DNA of 49,850 nucleotides, from the NCBI GenBank assembly GCA_964532235.1, contig CAZHGY010000002.1, positions 1-49,850 on the forward strand, given 5' to 3'. The translations under genes were made by a program, and so were the position numbers. Shown one piece after another: positions 9,453 through 20,600 of the stretch (its first letter is position 1; every line of letters begins with the position of its first letter). The DNA comes from an uncultured Candidatus Saccharimonas sp. (GTDB taxonomy: Bacteria > Patescibacteriota > Saccharimonadia > Saccharimonadales > Saccharimonadaceae). The notes under the pieces are model-generated. The model saw only the letters and a program-made list of their open reading frames with translations. It did not search any database and was not told the DNA's origin.

Positions 9453-11189
9453 CTAACTTACACTTCTGTCGACTCGGTTACCTAGTCGCACGGATTCACT
9501 ATTCTCCTTGTTTTTCCTTAGCGCCTCCAGATATATATCAAATAATGGCGCTAGCTCATTATAATATTCACTATTTGCACCGCTGTAAGGTTTGGGGTGT
9601 TGCGGTGATGGGTTATCTCCATCATAAAACTCTGTTCTTATATAAGGTCGATCTGGTTGAATCTGAATTTCTATATCAAGCCTATGCATGGCATCGCCCA
9701 CCCATCTCGTCTCATCGTAAGTTCGATTCTCAATATTACCCATCCCATGATTATAGGCAAAATATTCTTCATTTAGTGACGTTTCTAAATTGATTTCATC
9801 AGTCTCTTCCTGAAGGCGCTTTTTAATAAAATCAACTCTTTTTGCCAGTTCAAATTCTGAGAATTGTTCAATCTTGCTTGCAAGTTCACTATTATCGCCG
9901 TGATAATGCCTTTCTCCAAGTGGATGTTTATCCCACAGTCCGACAACCGTCCGTTCGATATGATGACTTGTTAGGTATGAGGAATCGAGTTTATCAAGAG
10001 ATAGTTTTATATCCTCATAGCTGCTTTCTCCATCTATGCCGTCAATAATTGCAATTAGTTTTTTTGCTTCTTTATCATCGTAATACTCTGTTTCAATGTT
10101 TATTACGGGTATATTAAAATAAGCTGCATGTTTTAAAATTACATCTGAAGGTTTATTATCTTTAATAATTACAAAATCTGGTAATTGCGGGTTACCGCTT
10201 TCGTCATATCTTCTAATCTGAACTTCGTTATATGGCGATGTATCGCCCGCTCTTTCTAATTTTCTGGGGGTATAGGGGTCTGTCTTACTGAGATAAGTAT
10301 TATTTTTGCCTATTCCATTCGTTGAGCCAATGTCGGACCTTCCTGTTTGTAATATTGAATCAGGTCGAACGTGGTCAAAACCATAATACAAACCATTAAC
10401 ATGCATCGTTCTAGCATTTTCCTCAGTATTTACATAGGAAGTAGAAATTGTGTTTGACTCTGATGAGTTCAAATTACCACCATAACTCTTGATAGTATCT
10501 TCTTTCATTGCCCATAAGGATGGGTTATCTTGAAGAGATTTAGCAACAGACGCACCAATCAGCCATGCATTAATTTGCTCGCCCTGACCCTTAAAATCAA
10601 TAGCATGCTGCAGAAAACTAAATGGAAAGCCTCTCATGTCATATACCGTTAACTCTTGCCCTTCAAATTGAATTACTCTCTTTGACACTTCCTCACTGCC
10701 AGATTCGGCAGCCATATCAATATCTTCAAGTTTTGTTAATTCAGCGTTAAAAGCACGTTCGCTAGCTTCTTGGACTCTTTCCCCCTCTAGGCGCTTTGTT
10801 TTATCCTGCCTATAGGCATCCATGCTATCAATAAGCTCTCTTGCTGATCTCTCATCTTCTTCTTTCTGCTTTTGTTCTGCAATCATTGCCTCTTGTAATT
10901 TAATTGATTTAATATATTGCCTGTTTCTCTCTTGTATGGCTTCTTCTTCAGCGATTTGTTGTTGGCTACGGATATACAGCATCTCACCCTCTCTTTTATC
11001 GCGGCTTGAACGGCTAATGTTTGGCAAGACTCTTGAAACAACTGGTGTATCTAGAATAATTCTGCCAAATTTAGTAACAGCCGAAGGCGGAACTCTCACT
11101 TTACCTATATTATGCGGGTAATAGCCAGAGATACTGTCGATAATTCTGTCACTTTGTTCGAGATTATTAATTGATATTCGCTCCGACAT
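9453..11189 (-). CDS. hypothetical protein (578 aa), N-terminal E/K/Q-rich coiled-coil-like region, no family recognised
   Basis: Uninterrupted 1.7-kb ORF. It is a single-gene block between repeat copies 1 and 2. Confidence 0.7.
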   Translation of the reverse strand: MSERISINNLEQSDRIIDSISGYYPHNIGKVRVPPSAVTKFGRIILDTPVVSRVLPNISRSSRDKREGEMLYIRSQQQIAEEEAIQERNRQYIKSIKLQEAMIAEQKQKEEDERSARELIDSMDAYRQDKTKRLEGERVQEASERAFNAELTKLEDIDMAAESGSEEVSKRVIQFEGQELTVYDMRGFPFSFLQHAIDFKGQGEQINAWLIGASVAKSLQDNPSLWAMKEDTIKSYGGNLNSSESNTISTSYVNTEENARTMHVNGLYYGFDHVRPDSILQTGRSDIGSTNGIGKNNTYLSKTDPYTPRKLERAGDTSPYNEVQIRRYDESGNPQLPDFVIIKDNKPSDVILKHAAYFNIPVINIETEYYDDKEAKKLIAIIDGIDGESSYEDIKLSLDKLDSSYLTSHHIERTVVGLWDKHPLGERHYHGDNSELASKIEQFSEFELAKRVDFIKKRLQEETDEINLETSLNEEYFAYNHGMGNIENRTYDETRWVGDAMHRLDIEIQIQPDRPYIRTEFYDGDNPSPQHPKPYSGANSEYYNELAPLFDIYLEALRKNKENSESVRLGNRVDRSVS

Positions 11190-11502
11190 TATTTTTTTAC
11201 CTATGTATATTTTTGCTTGATTTAATGGTATTTAAGCACAAAAAAGCCTCAGAAGCAACTCAAGTATTTATCCTAATTAGAAAACTAAAAAGCTTTTTAA
11301 TAAATATATTAGTTTTTTTGATTACATTCAGTAGCCGCTAGCAAATTGGATCCTCCGCTTGTTCGCTAGAAAATGTAAACACTTTTTCGCTTCAATCACT
11401 TTGCCGATTCCCGAACTTTTACAAACAAAAGTCATCGGGTGTTCGGATCCAGCAATCTCAATTATGAGAATCGTCAAACCAAAAAGGTCTGACGTTTTTC
11501 AT

Positions 11503-11557
11503 AGCTGAGCTTGTAGATCTGGTATATCTAACAGATTAAAATAAGACAAATGAGACA
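11503..11557 (+). repeat. intergenic repeat family 'P', copy 2
   Basis: agctgagcttgtagatctggtatatctaacagattaaaataagacaaatgagaca. It lies 64 nt downstream of the stop of the 11621..12412 gene. Confidence 0.55.
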
Positions 11558-11620
11558 TGGGATGAGCATATTTTACCATAGGAAAAAGCGCCCGTGAGGG
11601 CGCTTTAAAAGATGCGTTTC

Positions 11621-12412
11621 TCAATTGTTCCTCTCGAAATGAAAGGGTAACTTCAGCAGTATCGTCTGGCCGCCGTCTAGCCAACGGTTATTGGCAACGA
11701 CAAACGCAACGGTGGCTCCGATAATCGCCAAAACATAGACGATATCAAAGACGACTACCTCGGTGTTGTTATCCTTTGCCTCAACAACCTGTTGGACTGA
11801 CTTGTCACGATAAACCTCGATATCGCGACTGTCAACTGGGAGGATTGAATTATCCTTCAGATCAACAAACAGCGTTGCATTAAAACTTGCTGGCACCCCA
11901 TAGACCTCCCACCTGTCATAGCCGTCCGTATTGGTCGACACATAGTCGTTTCTAATACGCAACTCATCAACGTTGGCGACAAAGTCATAAAATTTGAACG
12001 TTGTTGCCTGTTTTTTCTCGCGATGCACAACATCCCAGGTGTAATATACTTCGACACGGGAACCTATTTTACGCCCCTTGCTGTCGGTGATATCAACAAT
12101 TCGGGTATGCATAGTATAGCGTTCTTGTACCACTTCGAGAGCAGTATATTTGCCCTCTGCATATTCGGTACTGACTGGATCAATCGCTGATACTGTACCG
12201 AACATTAGAGCATCCCCTATACTAGTTTGTGCGCCGTATTGAAATTGCTCGACGCTTGTCGGCTTAAACGCTCTGTCGTATACAAGAGCTTCTCTGATGA
12301 TCTGCTCTTTTATAGTGTTGTGTAGTAAATAGCCAATCGTTCCCATTACAAGGAGGATAATGCACGAAACGACGATCTCGCTTCGTTTGACTTCGACGTT
12401 GCCTATATACAA
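11621..12412 (-). CDS. hypothetical membrane protein (N- and C-terminal TM helices), co-operonic with LemA
   Basis: 263-aa ORF starting 7 nt after the LemA stop. Hydrophobic helices near both termini flank a soluble domain. Confidence 0.65.
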   Translation of the reverse strand: MYIGNVEVKRSEIVVSCIILLVMGTIGYLLHNTIKEQIIREALVYDRAFKPTSVEQFQYGAQTSIGDALMFGTVSAIDPVSTEYAEGKYTALEVVQERYTMHTRIVDITDSKGRKIGSRVEVYYTWDVVHREKKQATTFKFYDFVANVDELRIRNDYVSTNTDGYDRWEVYGVPASFNATLFVDLKDNSILPVDSRDIEVYRDKSVQQVVEAKDNNTEVVVFDIVYVLAIIGATVAFVVANNRWLDGGQTILLKLPFHFERNN

Positions 12413-12418
12413 TTTGCA

Positions 12419-12967
12419 TCACTCTCCAAACAAATTTGTAGGTGCTTCAAGTGGAGTCTCGTATTCCAGATAAGTGAAATTTGCAACTTCCTTAATAATA
12501 GAATTTGCTGGCCACTTCCGGATAAATGAGAAATAATCGCGCACCGCATCATTGTATATTTTGCGGTAATCGAATATATGATTCTCGGTTGTTGCCAGTT
12601 CAAGCATTAGCTGCTTGTAGTTGTCGCTTGCCTTCAGCTCAGGATATTTCTCAGCCACAGCTTTGATATTAATTTCAGCTCCGCCGACGGCATCAATTTG
12701 ACCATCTTTAGTCCGCTGAGCAATCACATCCATCTGGGTGTCATGCTCGAAGTCGGCATATGATTTGACCGTAGCAACAAGGTTGGCAACCAAGTCAAGC
12801 CGACGCTTCTCCTGCGCGTGGACATTTGCAATAGCATTATTGGCATTCTCATCCAACGTCACGGTGTGGTTCTTCACGCCAACATTGATTAAAAGAACGC
12901 AAAGTGCCACCGCTAAAATTGCCCCCAGGGCGATGAGTACGTGTCTTAGGCTAATTTTGACTTTCAT
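12419..12967 (-). CDS. lemA: LemA family protein
   Basis: Motifs QEKRRLDLVANLVATVKSYADFEH, AEKYPELKASDNYKQL and ENHIFDYRKIYNDAVRDY match LemA. The start is taken at MKVKISL (ATG at 12967), preceded by GGAGGAG. The ORF track extends to 13006. Confidence 0.85.
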   Translation of the reverse strand: MKVKISLRHVLIALGAILAVALCVLLINVGVKNHTVTLDENANNAIANVHAQEKRRLDLVANLVATVKSYADFEHDTQMDVIAQRTKDGQIDAVGGAEINIKAVAEKYPELKASDNYKQLMLELATTENHIFDYRKIYNDAVRDYFSFIRKWPANSIIKEVANFTYLEYETPLEAPTNLFGE

Positions 12968-13161
12968 TTTTACTCCTCCATAATATATTTGGATTGGGAA
13001 AAACAATGTATTTGAAACGTGCGTAACCCAACGGGATCGCCCACGTGGTTAGTAATAATAGCCTAAACTATTTTTAATAAATGTCAATAGTGAAACACTG
13101 TGGTTTTAGAATTTGTAATCGTGGTTAAAAATATAGAGTCAAAAAGGACTTTATTTTTTGC

Positions 13162-13178
13162 GGCTGCGATGGAGGGAT
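13162..13178 (-). repeat. 17-nt copy of the tRNA-Gln 3' end (putative distal att repeat)
   Basis: ggctgCgatggagggat here against ggctgGgatggagggat at 28838-28854 (16/17, same orientation). Similarity stops abruptly at 13179. Confidence 0.5.
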
Positions 13179-13201
13179 ATTGCCAGCAAACTGGCAGGTA
13201 T

Positions 13202-13239
13202 AAAAAATATTCTAGATAATAAATACCTAGAATATTTTT
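13202..13239. terminator. AT-rich bidirectional terminator-like hairpin
   Basis: Perfect 10-bp inverted repeat AATATTCTAG (13206-13215) / CTAGAATATT (13227-13236), flanked by an A-run and a T-run. Confidence 0.4.
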
Positions 13240-13242
13240 CAT

Positions 13243-13300
13243 GGCTGAGCATACGGGTCTGGTACAATTTAATAGATAAAAATGAGACAAATGAGACAAA
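13243..13300 (+). repeat. intergenic repeat family 'P', copy 3
   Basis: ggctgagcatacgggtctggtacaatttaatagataaaaatgagacaaatgagacaaa is about 80% identical to copy 4 by hand count. It contains a perfect tandem 9-mer (minus strand TTGTCTCAT x2). Confidence 0.6.
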
Positions 13301-13629
13301 AAATCATATTATTTTGGATGTCTCAGTTTTATCTAAATTATATTTGATATAACCTGACCTTTATGCTCTTGTTAGTTAGTTTAACACTGTTATTAGATTT
13401 ATTCAATTATATAAATATCAGTATTTTTTATTAATTCTGCGGTGTACTAAAAATATTATCTTTAATAGTAAAAATTTTTACTTCCTTACAATCGGCTCAA
13501 TAACCACAATTTGCTCAATAATTTCCTGCTCTTCTTGAGTGGTTGGTGGTTTCTTGTGTGTTTTAGGCGACATATTAATAAGTATAATGCATTTTATCAA
13601 TATTAATTAACATAAGGTATATCATATAA

Positions 13630-14004
13630 TTTACATACGTCAACTTCATTTGCTATTATCAAGTTCAATACCAAGCGGCAGTTGTTGAACAATTGAAAAA
13701 TCGTGATGTCGAAGCTAAAGGTGTCAACATATCTAACGATAAACGATCTCGGCTCGAATTATCCAGCCCCCTGTTTCAAATGGGTAAAGTATTATTTCAT
13801 AATGACCGAAAGTCTGCAGAAATAATTCAACAAATCGTTGGTTTTGGCGTTGAAAAGCACGACGACTTAGTCGATGCAGTTTCAATGGGACTCAATTACA
13901 TTCAAAGCAACGTCCGTTGGGAAGTCGTCAGTTGTGGAGGAATAAGTATTGGAGACTATAGAAATACATGGGAGGTTTGGGGAATTAGATATCTGGACGA
14001 ATAA
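13630..14004 (+). pseudogene. 3' fragment of a phage terminase large-subunit gene (C-terminal nuclease end only)
   Basis: The open frame reads ..YQAAVVEQLKNRDVEAKGVNISNDKRSRLELSSPLFQMGKVLFHN...GFGVEKHDDLVDAVSMGL. This is the conserved C-terminal DK..R / G.V.F / hDD.vDA pattern of terminase large subunits. There is no ATPase domain and no proper start; an in-frame stop lies at 13627-13629. Confidence 0.55.
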
Positions 14005-14075
14005 ATAAACATAAAGTCTAATCGAATAACAAATTTATCCTTTAGATATCTATAATGCTATACTTATATATAAGT

Positions 14076-17000
14076 ATGAGTTTGACAAAGATAATCGATA
14101 ATAATCGCAGAAGTATGAGTAGCGTATTGGTAGAGCTAGCAAACCAATACAATGAACTTTCAATAGCAACTGGCTACTGGGATCTACCAGGCTTATTAGA
14201 AATATTTGATGGAATAAAGAATTACAAATCAATTCGATTAATAATAGGACAGGAACCACTGGCTCCGCGATTTGCAAAAAAACTTGATATTAATGAACCC
14301 GAGAAAACATTCCCTGAACTAGATTTCGCGGCAGGCTTACAAGATCTAGAGCAAAAACAAGAATTTAGAGACTTAGTTTTCGCAACGAAACAGCTTATTG
14401 ATGATGGTAGATTACATGTTAAAATTTATCGCCGAAACTTTCTACACGCTAAAGCATATATTTTCGGTTCATACAGTAGCGAATCAGCTGTTGGTATCAT
14501 CGGCTCATCGAATTTCACAAAAGCTGGGTTGACCACTAATTCTGAGCTAAACACTCTTGAGGATGACTACAGAATTGTCAAGTTTCGTCCACAAAATGAC
14601 ACTGATGAATATGGTCATCTAAGTTGGTATGAGTCTATTTGGGATGATGAACTAAATGAGGATTGGAATGGTAAATTCTCGCAGATACTTCAAGATTCAC
14701 CTGTTGGCGATCTATCTTTTGGCGCTTTTGACTCATATATTAAAACATTAATTGACGTTTTTCCGGATGAGTTAATTAAGAAACCAGAATTGGGAGCCCA
14801 AGTAAAAGATATTCTTTATGCATTTCAAAATCGCAATGCAGGTATCTTGATAAATAAGTTGGAAAAAATGGGCGTAGCAATTCTATCAGATTCAGTCGGT
14901 CTTGGCAAAACTATTACAGCAGGTGCCGTCATCCGCCACTATGTCGATAAAGGGGCAAAACGCATTATAGCTATTGTGCCAGCTTCACTAAAAGAACAAT
15001 GGCGTAGCGATTTAGCACATGTTTTCGGCCTTATTGAGGGATCTGATTTCATGGTTGTTTCCCAACAAGATCTTGGTGCAATGGATCGCATGGCGGAGCT
15101 TGATAAATATAAACAGGTAGATCTTTTTATTGTTGATGAGGCACATAACCTGCGTAGTACAGGCAGTACACGTTATGAGCACATTCTTGAGTGGTTTCAA
15201 GACAATAATGAATCAAAGGTCCTAATGCTCACTGCGACCCCAATTAATAATTCACTTATTGACTTATTGAATCAGATTCAGCTTGGCCTTAAGGGCGAGC
15301 TAGACTCTGTCCTAGTCCCTTATAAAAATGCAACTAATGGACGTATTGAAACGATAGACTTTTTTGATGCACTTGTGCGTATACAAAAACGAATAAAAAA
15401 TGATAAGGATTTTGATTGGAATTCAGTTAAGCCAACACTTATTAGTGGGATTCAACATTATTTAGTCCGATCAACTCGCCAGGGCGTAGAAGCTGAAGGA
15501 TCACTTGTAGATGAAGACGGTAATAAAAAGACCTTCCCCAAGAGCATTGTTGGACAAATTGAATATAGTTATAACGATGAATTAACTACAAAAATTTCCG
15601 AAAAGATTGCAAGTAAATCGACAATGCTAGAAGGTGTAGACGCTCGAATGGTTGACCTAGAAAAGATTACTGAGGCTACAAGTCGCACCTCTCACCCGCT
15701 CGATTTTGTAAATATTATGTTAAGCCAACCTACTAATGGAGTAATTCAAAATATATTTCAGATGGTCACTCTTTTTGGGTTTGTGCCCTATAAACCGGAA
15801 ATGTATCAACATAAGCTTTATCAAAAAACACCAGATGAAGTAAAGAACCTTGGGATTAAAGGTGTTGAATCACAAATAATTAACCTTCAGCTCACGGTAC
15901 ACAACATGTTGCTTGTAACCTGGTTAAAGCGACTCGAATCATCAACGGCTTCATTATTAAAATCGATTAAAACTTATGCAACACGTCTTGAATCGTATAG
16001 GTCATGGCTTGAACGTGGTTATATTTTGTCGTTTCATGACATTACAATAGTTGAACAAGAATATGGTGAAGATATCGAGCGAGCTTTTGATGATTACGAA
16101 TCGTATATACCATTAGATAACGACAGCTATGAAGACTTAAAGCGTAAAGGCGTAGAAAAACATAACGCTGATCCTTCTAAGTATAATATAGATGCAATGA
16201 TGCGTGATATATCACGCGATAAGCTTATTGCTAATGCATTAATTGATGTACTTGAAGATTTAGTTTCAATCGAGAATGATAGTAAATTAATTGAATTTGC
16301 GAAATATTTAGAAGATATTAACTCAAACGGCTCTCATGGCAAGAAGGTGCTAATATTTAGCTTTTTTGCTGATACAATAAATTATTTGCGCGACAATCTA
16401 CCTAATCTCATTCAAATAGAAGATTTTAGTGAAAAGGCAGAGTTTTTAAGTGGTCAAAGCAACTCTATAGATAATGTAGTAAAAAGATTTTCCCCTATTT
16501 CAAAGAAGTATACACTGAAGCAAAATGAAAAAGAAATAGACTTTTTGTTTGCCACAGATATATTGAGTGAAGGCCAAAACCTACAAGATGCAGGCGTACT
16601 GATCAATTATGACCTACATTGGAATCCTGTACGCATGATCCAACGGAATGGTCGAATTAATCGACTTGGATCAAAATATGATGAAGTACTTATTTCTAAT
16701 ATGAAACCTGAAGATAATATTGAGCTTTATCTCAATCTTGTTGCACGCTTGCAAAAAAAGATTAATATAATCAAAAATACGGTCGGATTAGATCAAGGTG
16801 TTTTAAGTGCCGATGATGTTAACCCAATAGAATTTGTCGAAGATATTCGTAAATTATATAGTTCAAATCAAAATGAGGCATCGGATACACTAAGTGGACT
16901 AGAAGAAGACAAGGATATCTTATCATGGACAAACGATCATATCTACAGACTTCGCCAATACTTGAATGACCACACTCCTGAAGAGATTGATAGAATTAAG

Positions 17001-17606
17001 AACATTCCCGAAGGCAAATGGAATTATCTACCAGCTCGAACCGAGCTCGATTATGGGAAAGTACTTAGTTTGCTGAAAGTTGACGGTAAAACTTCAATTA
17101 CTAACACACCAATAACCCAAACATTCTTTGTGTCTACAACGACAACTGGAGAGTATGCGTCTGAAGTCATTGACGAATTTGATGCTTTGCAAAATATAGC
17201 AACAATTCCGTCAGATAATGAACGTGTACGAGACACTATTAGCGTAGAGCGTAACACGGTTACGCGTAGGTCTAGCCGAATCGCAAAGATTCGTGCCGAA
17301 GCTGGTGATTCAGTATATACTCTAAAGCCTCGTCAACTGGACGCTTTGATGTTTGTTCAGCCAATGTTCCCTGATATAGCGCTAAAACCACTATTAGAAA
17401 ATAGTATAAAAGACGCTCGCACAAAACGATTATTTGAAGCAACTGTTCGATTGATAAATAGTGATATCAAAGCTTCTGGATCAATCACTGCATCAACCGC
17501 CGCGAAGTTAAATGGACTTATTGCTGGACTGGATTTTAAAGAGTCAGAAACAATTAGTGCCGAAAAGGTTACGAACATATTAAACTATGCGAGGAGAAAC
17601 TCATAA
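14076..17606 (+). CDS. PLD (HKD) nuclease domain fused to an SNF2-family SF2 helicase/translocase
   Basis: HKD motif LHAKAYIF..IIGSSNFT (about 14442-14530). SNF2 motifs GLGKT (14898), DEAH (15135), LMLTATPINNS and SEGQNLQ..LHWNP..QRNGRINRLGS. Start taken at MSLTKIIDN (14076); the ORF track starts at 14055, inside a TATAAT box. Confidence 0.85.
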   Translation: MSLTKIIDNNRRSMSSVLVELANQYNELSIATGYWDLPGLLEIFDGIKNYKSIRLIIGQEPLAPRFAKKLDINEPEKTFPELDFAAGLQDLEQKQEFRDLVFATKQLIDDGRLHVKIYRRNFLHAKAYIFGSYSSESAVGIIGSSNFTKAGLTTNSELNTLEDDYRIVKFRPQNDTDEYGHLSWYESIWDDELNEDWNGKFSQILQDSPVGDLSFGAFDSYIKTLIDVFPDELIKKPELGAQVKDILYAFQNRNAGILINKLEKMGVAILSDSVGLGKTITAGAVIRHYVDKGAKRIIAIVPASLKEQWRSDLAHVFGLIEGSDFMVVSQQDLGAMDRMAELDKYKQVDLFIVDEAHNLRSTGSTRYEHILEWFQDNNESKVLMLTATPINNSLIDLLNQIQLGLKGELDSVLVPYKNATNGRIETIDFFDALVRIQKRIKNDKDFDWNSVKPTLISGIQHYLVRSTRQGVEAEGSLVDEDGNKKTFPKSIVGQIEYSYNDELTTKISEKIASKSTMLEGVDARMVDLEKITEATSRTSHPLDFVNIMLSQPTNGVIQNIFQMVTLFGFVPYKPEMYQHKLYQKTPDEVKNLGIKGVESQIINLQLTVHNMLLVTWLKRLESSTASLLKSIKTYATRLESYRSWLERGYILSFHDITIVEQEYGEDIERAFDDYESYIPLDNDSYEDLKRKGVEKHNADPSKYNIDAMMRDISRDKLIANALIDVLEDLVSIENDSKLIEFAKYLEDINSNGSHGKKVLIFSFFADTINYLRDNLPNLIQIEDFSEKAEFLSGQSNSIDNVVKRFSPISKKYTLKQNEKEIDFLFATDILSEGQNLQDAGVLINYDLHWNPVRMIQRNGRINRLGSKYDEVLISNMKPEDNIELYLNLVARLQKKINIIKNTVGLDQGVLSADDVNPIEFVEDIRKLYSSNQNEASDTLSGLEEDKDILSWTNDHIYRLRQYLNDHTPEEIDRIKNIPEGKWNYLPARTELDYGKVLSLLKVDGKTSITNTPITQTFFVSTTTTGEYASEVIDEFDALQNIATIPSDNERVRDTISVERNTVTRRSSRIAKIRAEAGDSVYTLKPRQLDALMFVQPMFPDIALKPLLENSIKDARTKRLFEATVRLINSDIKASGSITASTAAKLNGLIAGLDFKESETISAEKVTNILNYARRNS

Positions 17607-20600
17607 TGTTTTCCGAACTCGCCAGAAGAGTATATGAATTAACAAACGAATCTGATAATCGCAAATCATTAGATATCGCTATTGAGACAGCAAATGAACT
17701 GATAAAAATACTTGACCCTCAGGTAAGTAATCTTAAATCTGGCGAAGACGCCTTAGATGAAAACATTCCGATAAATAAATTTCCAAACTATAAAGTCGAA
17801 AGCTGGTTTGCTCAGCATCCTTACTTCACAGGTGAACGTGTAGCCCTAAACTCTTATGAGTCAGACAAGGTACAAATTAAATTTTATTGGCTGGGCGATA
17901 CAGCTACGAAGTCACGAGTATCTGCTGGTGTTATGCTAACTTCAAATTGGGAAGATAGCGAGCTAACACGGAATGATCAATATAAGATTGGTGTTGACTT
18001 CTTTCTATCATCAAATACTAAATCACTACTTATGGTGATAAGTAATAATGGCAACCTTCGAATTCTAGAATTTAATAGTCGACTATCTAATACCCAACAA
18101 GAGATTCTACAAAAATTACGAGGCGTAATAGCTCTCGAAAGCAAAGAGCAGATCCACAAGACTCTATGGGATGCTCTTGCACTAAGTGAAGTAAATAAGA
18201 AGTTCTATCAGGGTATTGCAGAGAAATTCAATGAATTATTCAACCACTTGGTCGCAGATGGTAAGAATGCCGAAGATTCAAAATTATTTGCCAGTCGTTT
18301 ACTGGGTCGTCTGCTTTTCATTTGGTTTTTGCGTCGTAAAAATATTGTTCAAGAGCAGTATGGGTATTTCGATGTTGAAGGCACGGATAGTACCGAATAC
18401 TATGACCAAAAGTTAAAGAAATTATTTTTTAATACCCTAAACACTCCTGTCTCAGATCGTCAGCATTCCGATGACAAAACACCATATTTAAATGGTGGCC
18501 TGTTTGAAGCTCATGATAATGACTGGGCAAATCAAAAAGTCAATTTCCCTACAGGTTTTTTTAACAGACTTTATGAACATTTAGAGCAATATAACTTTAC
18601 CACTGACGAATCAAGTCCGGAATATGAACAAATTGCGATTGACCCAGAAATGTTAGGTCGCGTTTTTGAAAGCCTATTAGCAACACAGATCACTGAAACT
18701 GGCGATCAAGCGCGTAAAGCAAAAGGCGCCTTCTATACACCCCGTGAAATTGTTTCATATATGTGCAAAGAATCATTACGCCAGCATCTATATACAAGAC
18801 TTGATAACGAAAATTTGAATGAAGGCATAGACAAATTACTAGATACATCAGACAGTGAATGGGAGCTTCAGCACACTAATGCCAAACGTAATTTATGGGG
18901 AGAGAAAGACCGTAATATTGTTCCGGTTAAGGTTATGCAGGCACTTGATGAACTAAAGGTATTGGACCCAGCTTGTGGTTCTGGTGCTTTCCCTATGGGT
19001 ATGTTGCAGCTAATGCTAAAGACATACGAACGTTTAGATAATCGTTTTGATGTATACAAAACAAAACTTCGTATCGTCCAAGAAAATATTTACGGCGTAG
19101 ATATAGAACCTATGGCCGTCGAGATTGCTCGGTTGCGAGCATGGTTAAGCATTGTTGTAGACGACGAAGATGATAACAAAGTTGAACCACTCCCAAACCT
19201 AGATTTTAAGTTTGTATGTGCCAATAGCCTACTTCCTCTTGAGCAACAAACCGGTCTGTTCGCCGATTCGTCCCTTCACGAAAAACTTTCAGAAGTTCGT
19301 AACAAGTTCTTTAATGCTCGTGTGCCAAGCAGTAAAGATAAATGGAAAGAAGAATATTATAAGCTTATAGGTAATGGCCAGAACAGCTTCTTGGATGATC
19401 AACGAGAAAGTCAACTTAAGAGCTTTGACCCATTTAAGAACTCTCAACCGGCAGATTTTTTTGACGCAGATTACATGTTTGGCTTGCCGAAGTTTGACTT
19501 AGTAATTGGCAATCCGCCCTATATTTCAGCACTCGTGGCTAAAAAAATATTTAGTGCTGATGTTAGAAGTAAGTATAAAGAGATATACGAATCTGCTAAA
19601 GGCACCTACGATATGTACCTTTTATTCTTTGAGCGCGGTAAATTATTGCTAAAACATGACGGCGTATTGTGCTATATATCTCCAACTAAATATGTAAGTG
19701 CAAAATATGCGGAAGCTTTTAGGGATTATTTGGGAATATATTGGTTATTTAAGATCGCTGACTTCTCAAATGTTAAGATATTTGCAAATGCAGGCGTATC
19801 TACATTCGTTTCTTTTTTACAAAACAATGTGAAACGTAAATTTATAGTCACAGAGAAATACACTTCTACTGCAAGGAATTCTATAGAGATATTTAACACA
19901 CCGTTGGAAAGTTTACGAATATTCCCCGAAAATTTATGGGGTCATCTTATAACCGGAAATTATGAGCTTCTAAAAAAAATTTACTCGGAATCTGACATCC
20001 TTCTGAATATGGCCGAAGTAAACGGTAGCTCAACAGCCAGTGAAGCAGATAAATTCTCAAACTATGTTACAGATACATCATCTATAAATACTATGAAGAT
20101 TGTAAATACTGGCAATATAGGTAGCTATGTTTCACTTTGGGGCAAAAAATCATATTCAAATAAACGCAATATGATACTACAGCCATATATACAAACGGAC
20201 AAAATCGGAAAAAGAAGAATGAGCATGTACCAATCACAGAAAATAATAATATCTAAATTGTCAAAAGATATGACCGCGATGCTAGATGTAAATGGTGAAT
20301 TTGTATCCACAAACACAACTTTTATTTATTCACCAAAAATGAACCTTAGTCTATTTACATTAGCCGCAGTAATAAACTCGAAGCTTATGAATTTTGTATA
20401 TAAAAACATGTTCTCTGGTCTAAACTTACTAGGTAGTTTCCAATATCAAGCACCACAAATTAGATTATTACCTATAGCAAACAAGTTATTGTCTGATAAA
20501 AATTACTCTGACACGCTTGAGCAGTATGTTATGGAAATAATAAATAATAAAACTAGTGCAGACAACAAGCAGTCTGAAATTGACAGCTTAATTTATAAAC

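Noticed and set aside
11330-11470. Region with paired GGATCC sites and a CCGAAC/GTTCGG hairpin, plus a 35-aa minus-strand frame (MTFVCKSSGIGKVIEAKK..)
   Set aside because: It does not fold into a tRNA or other recognisable RNA by eye, and the short frame has no translation signals. It is probably decayed sequence.
11499-11684. 61-aa ORF, and its relative at 13084..13299 (71 aa), both beginning MSHLS(Y/H)F..LL
   Set aside because: The shared peptide is simply the translation of repeat family P on the minus strand. The same frame hits a stop in copy 4 (LSYLSNFNL*), and the rest of each ORF is unrelated. I treat this as non-coding repeat DNA.
13478-13573. 31-aa minus-strand micro-ORF (MSPKTHKKPPTTQEEQEIIEQIVVIEPIVRK)
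   Set aside because: It has no SD, promoter or terminator that I can see, and it lies in very AT-rich island DNA. The evidence for coding is insufficient.
14055-14075. ORF-track start of the PLD-SNF2 gene, and likewise GTG 22712 for the GHKL gene and 13006 for LemA
   Set aside because: The 14055 ATG lies inside a TATAAT box. Downstream ATGs give N-termini typical of the families (MSLTKIIDN; MKVKISL with GGAGGAG). This remains uncertain without transcription-start or proteomic data.
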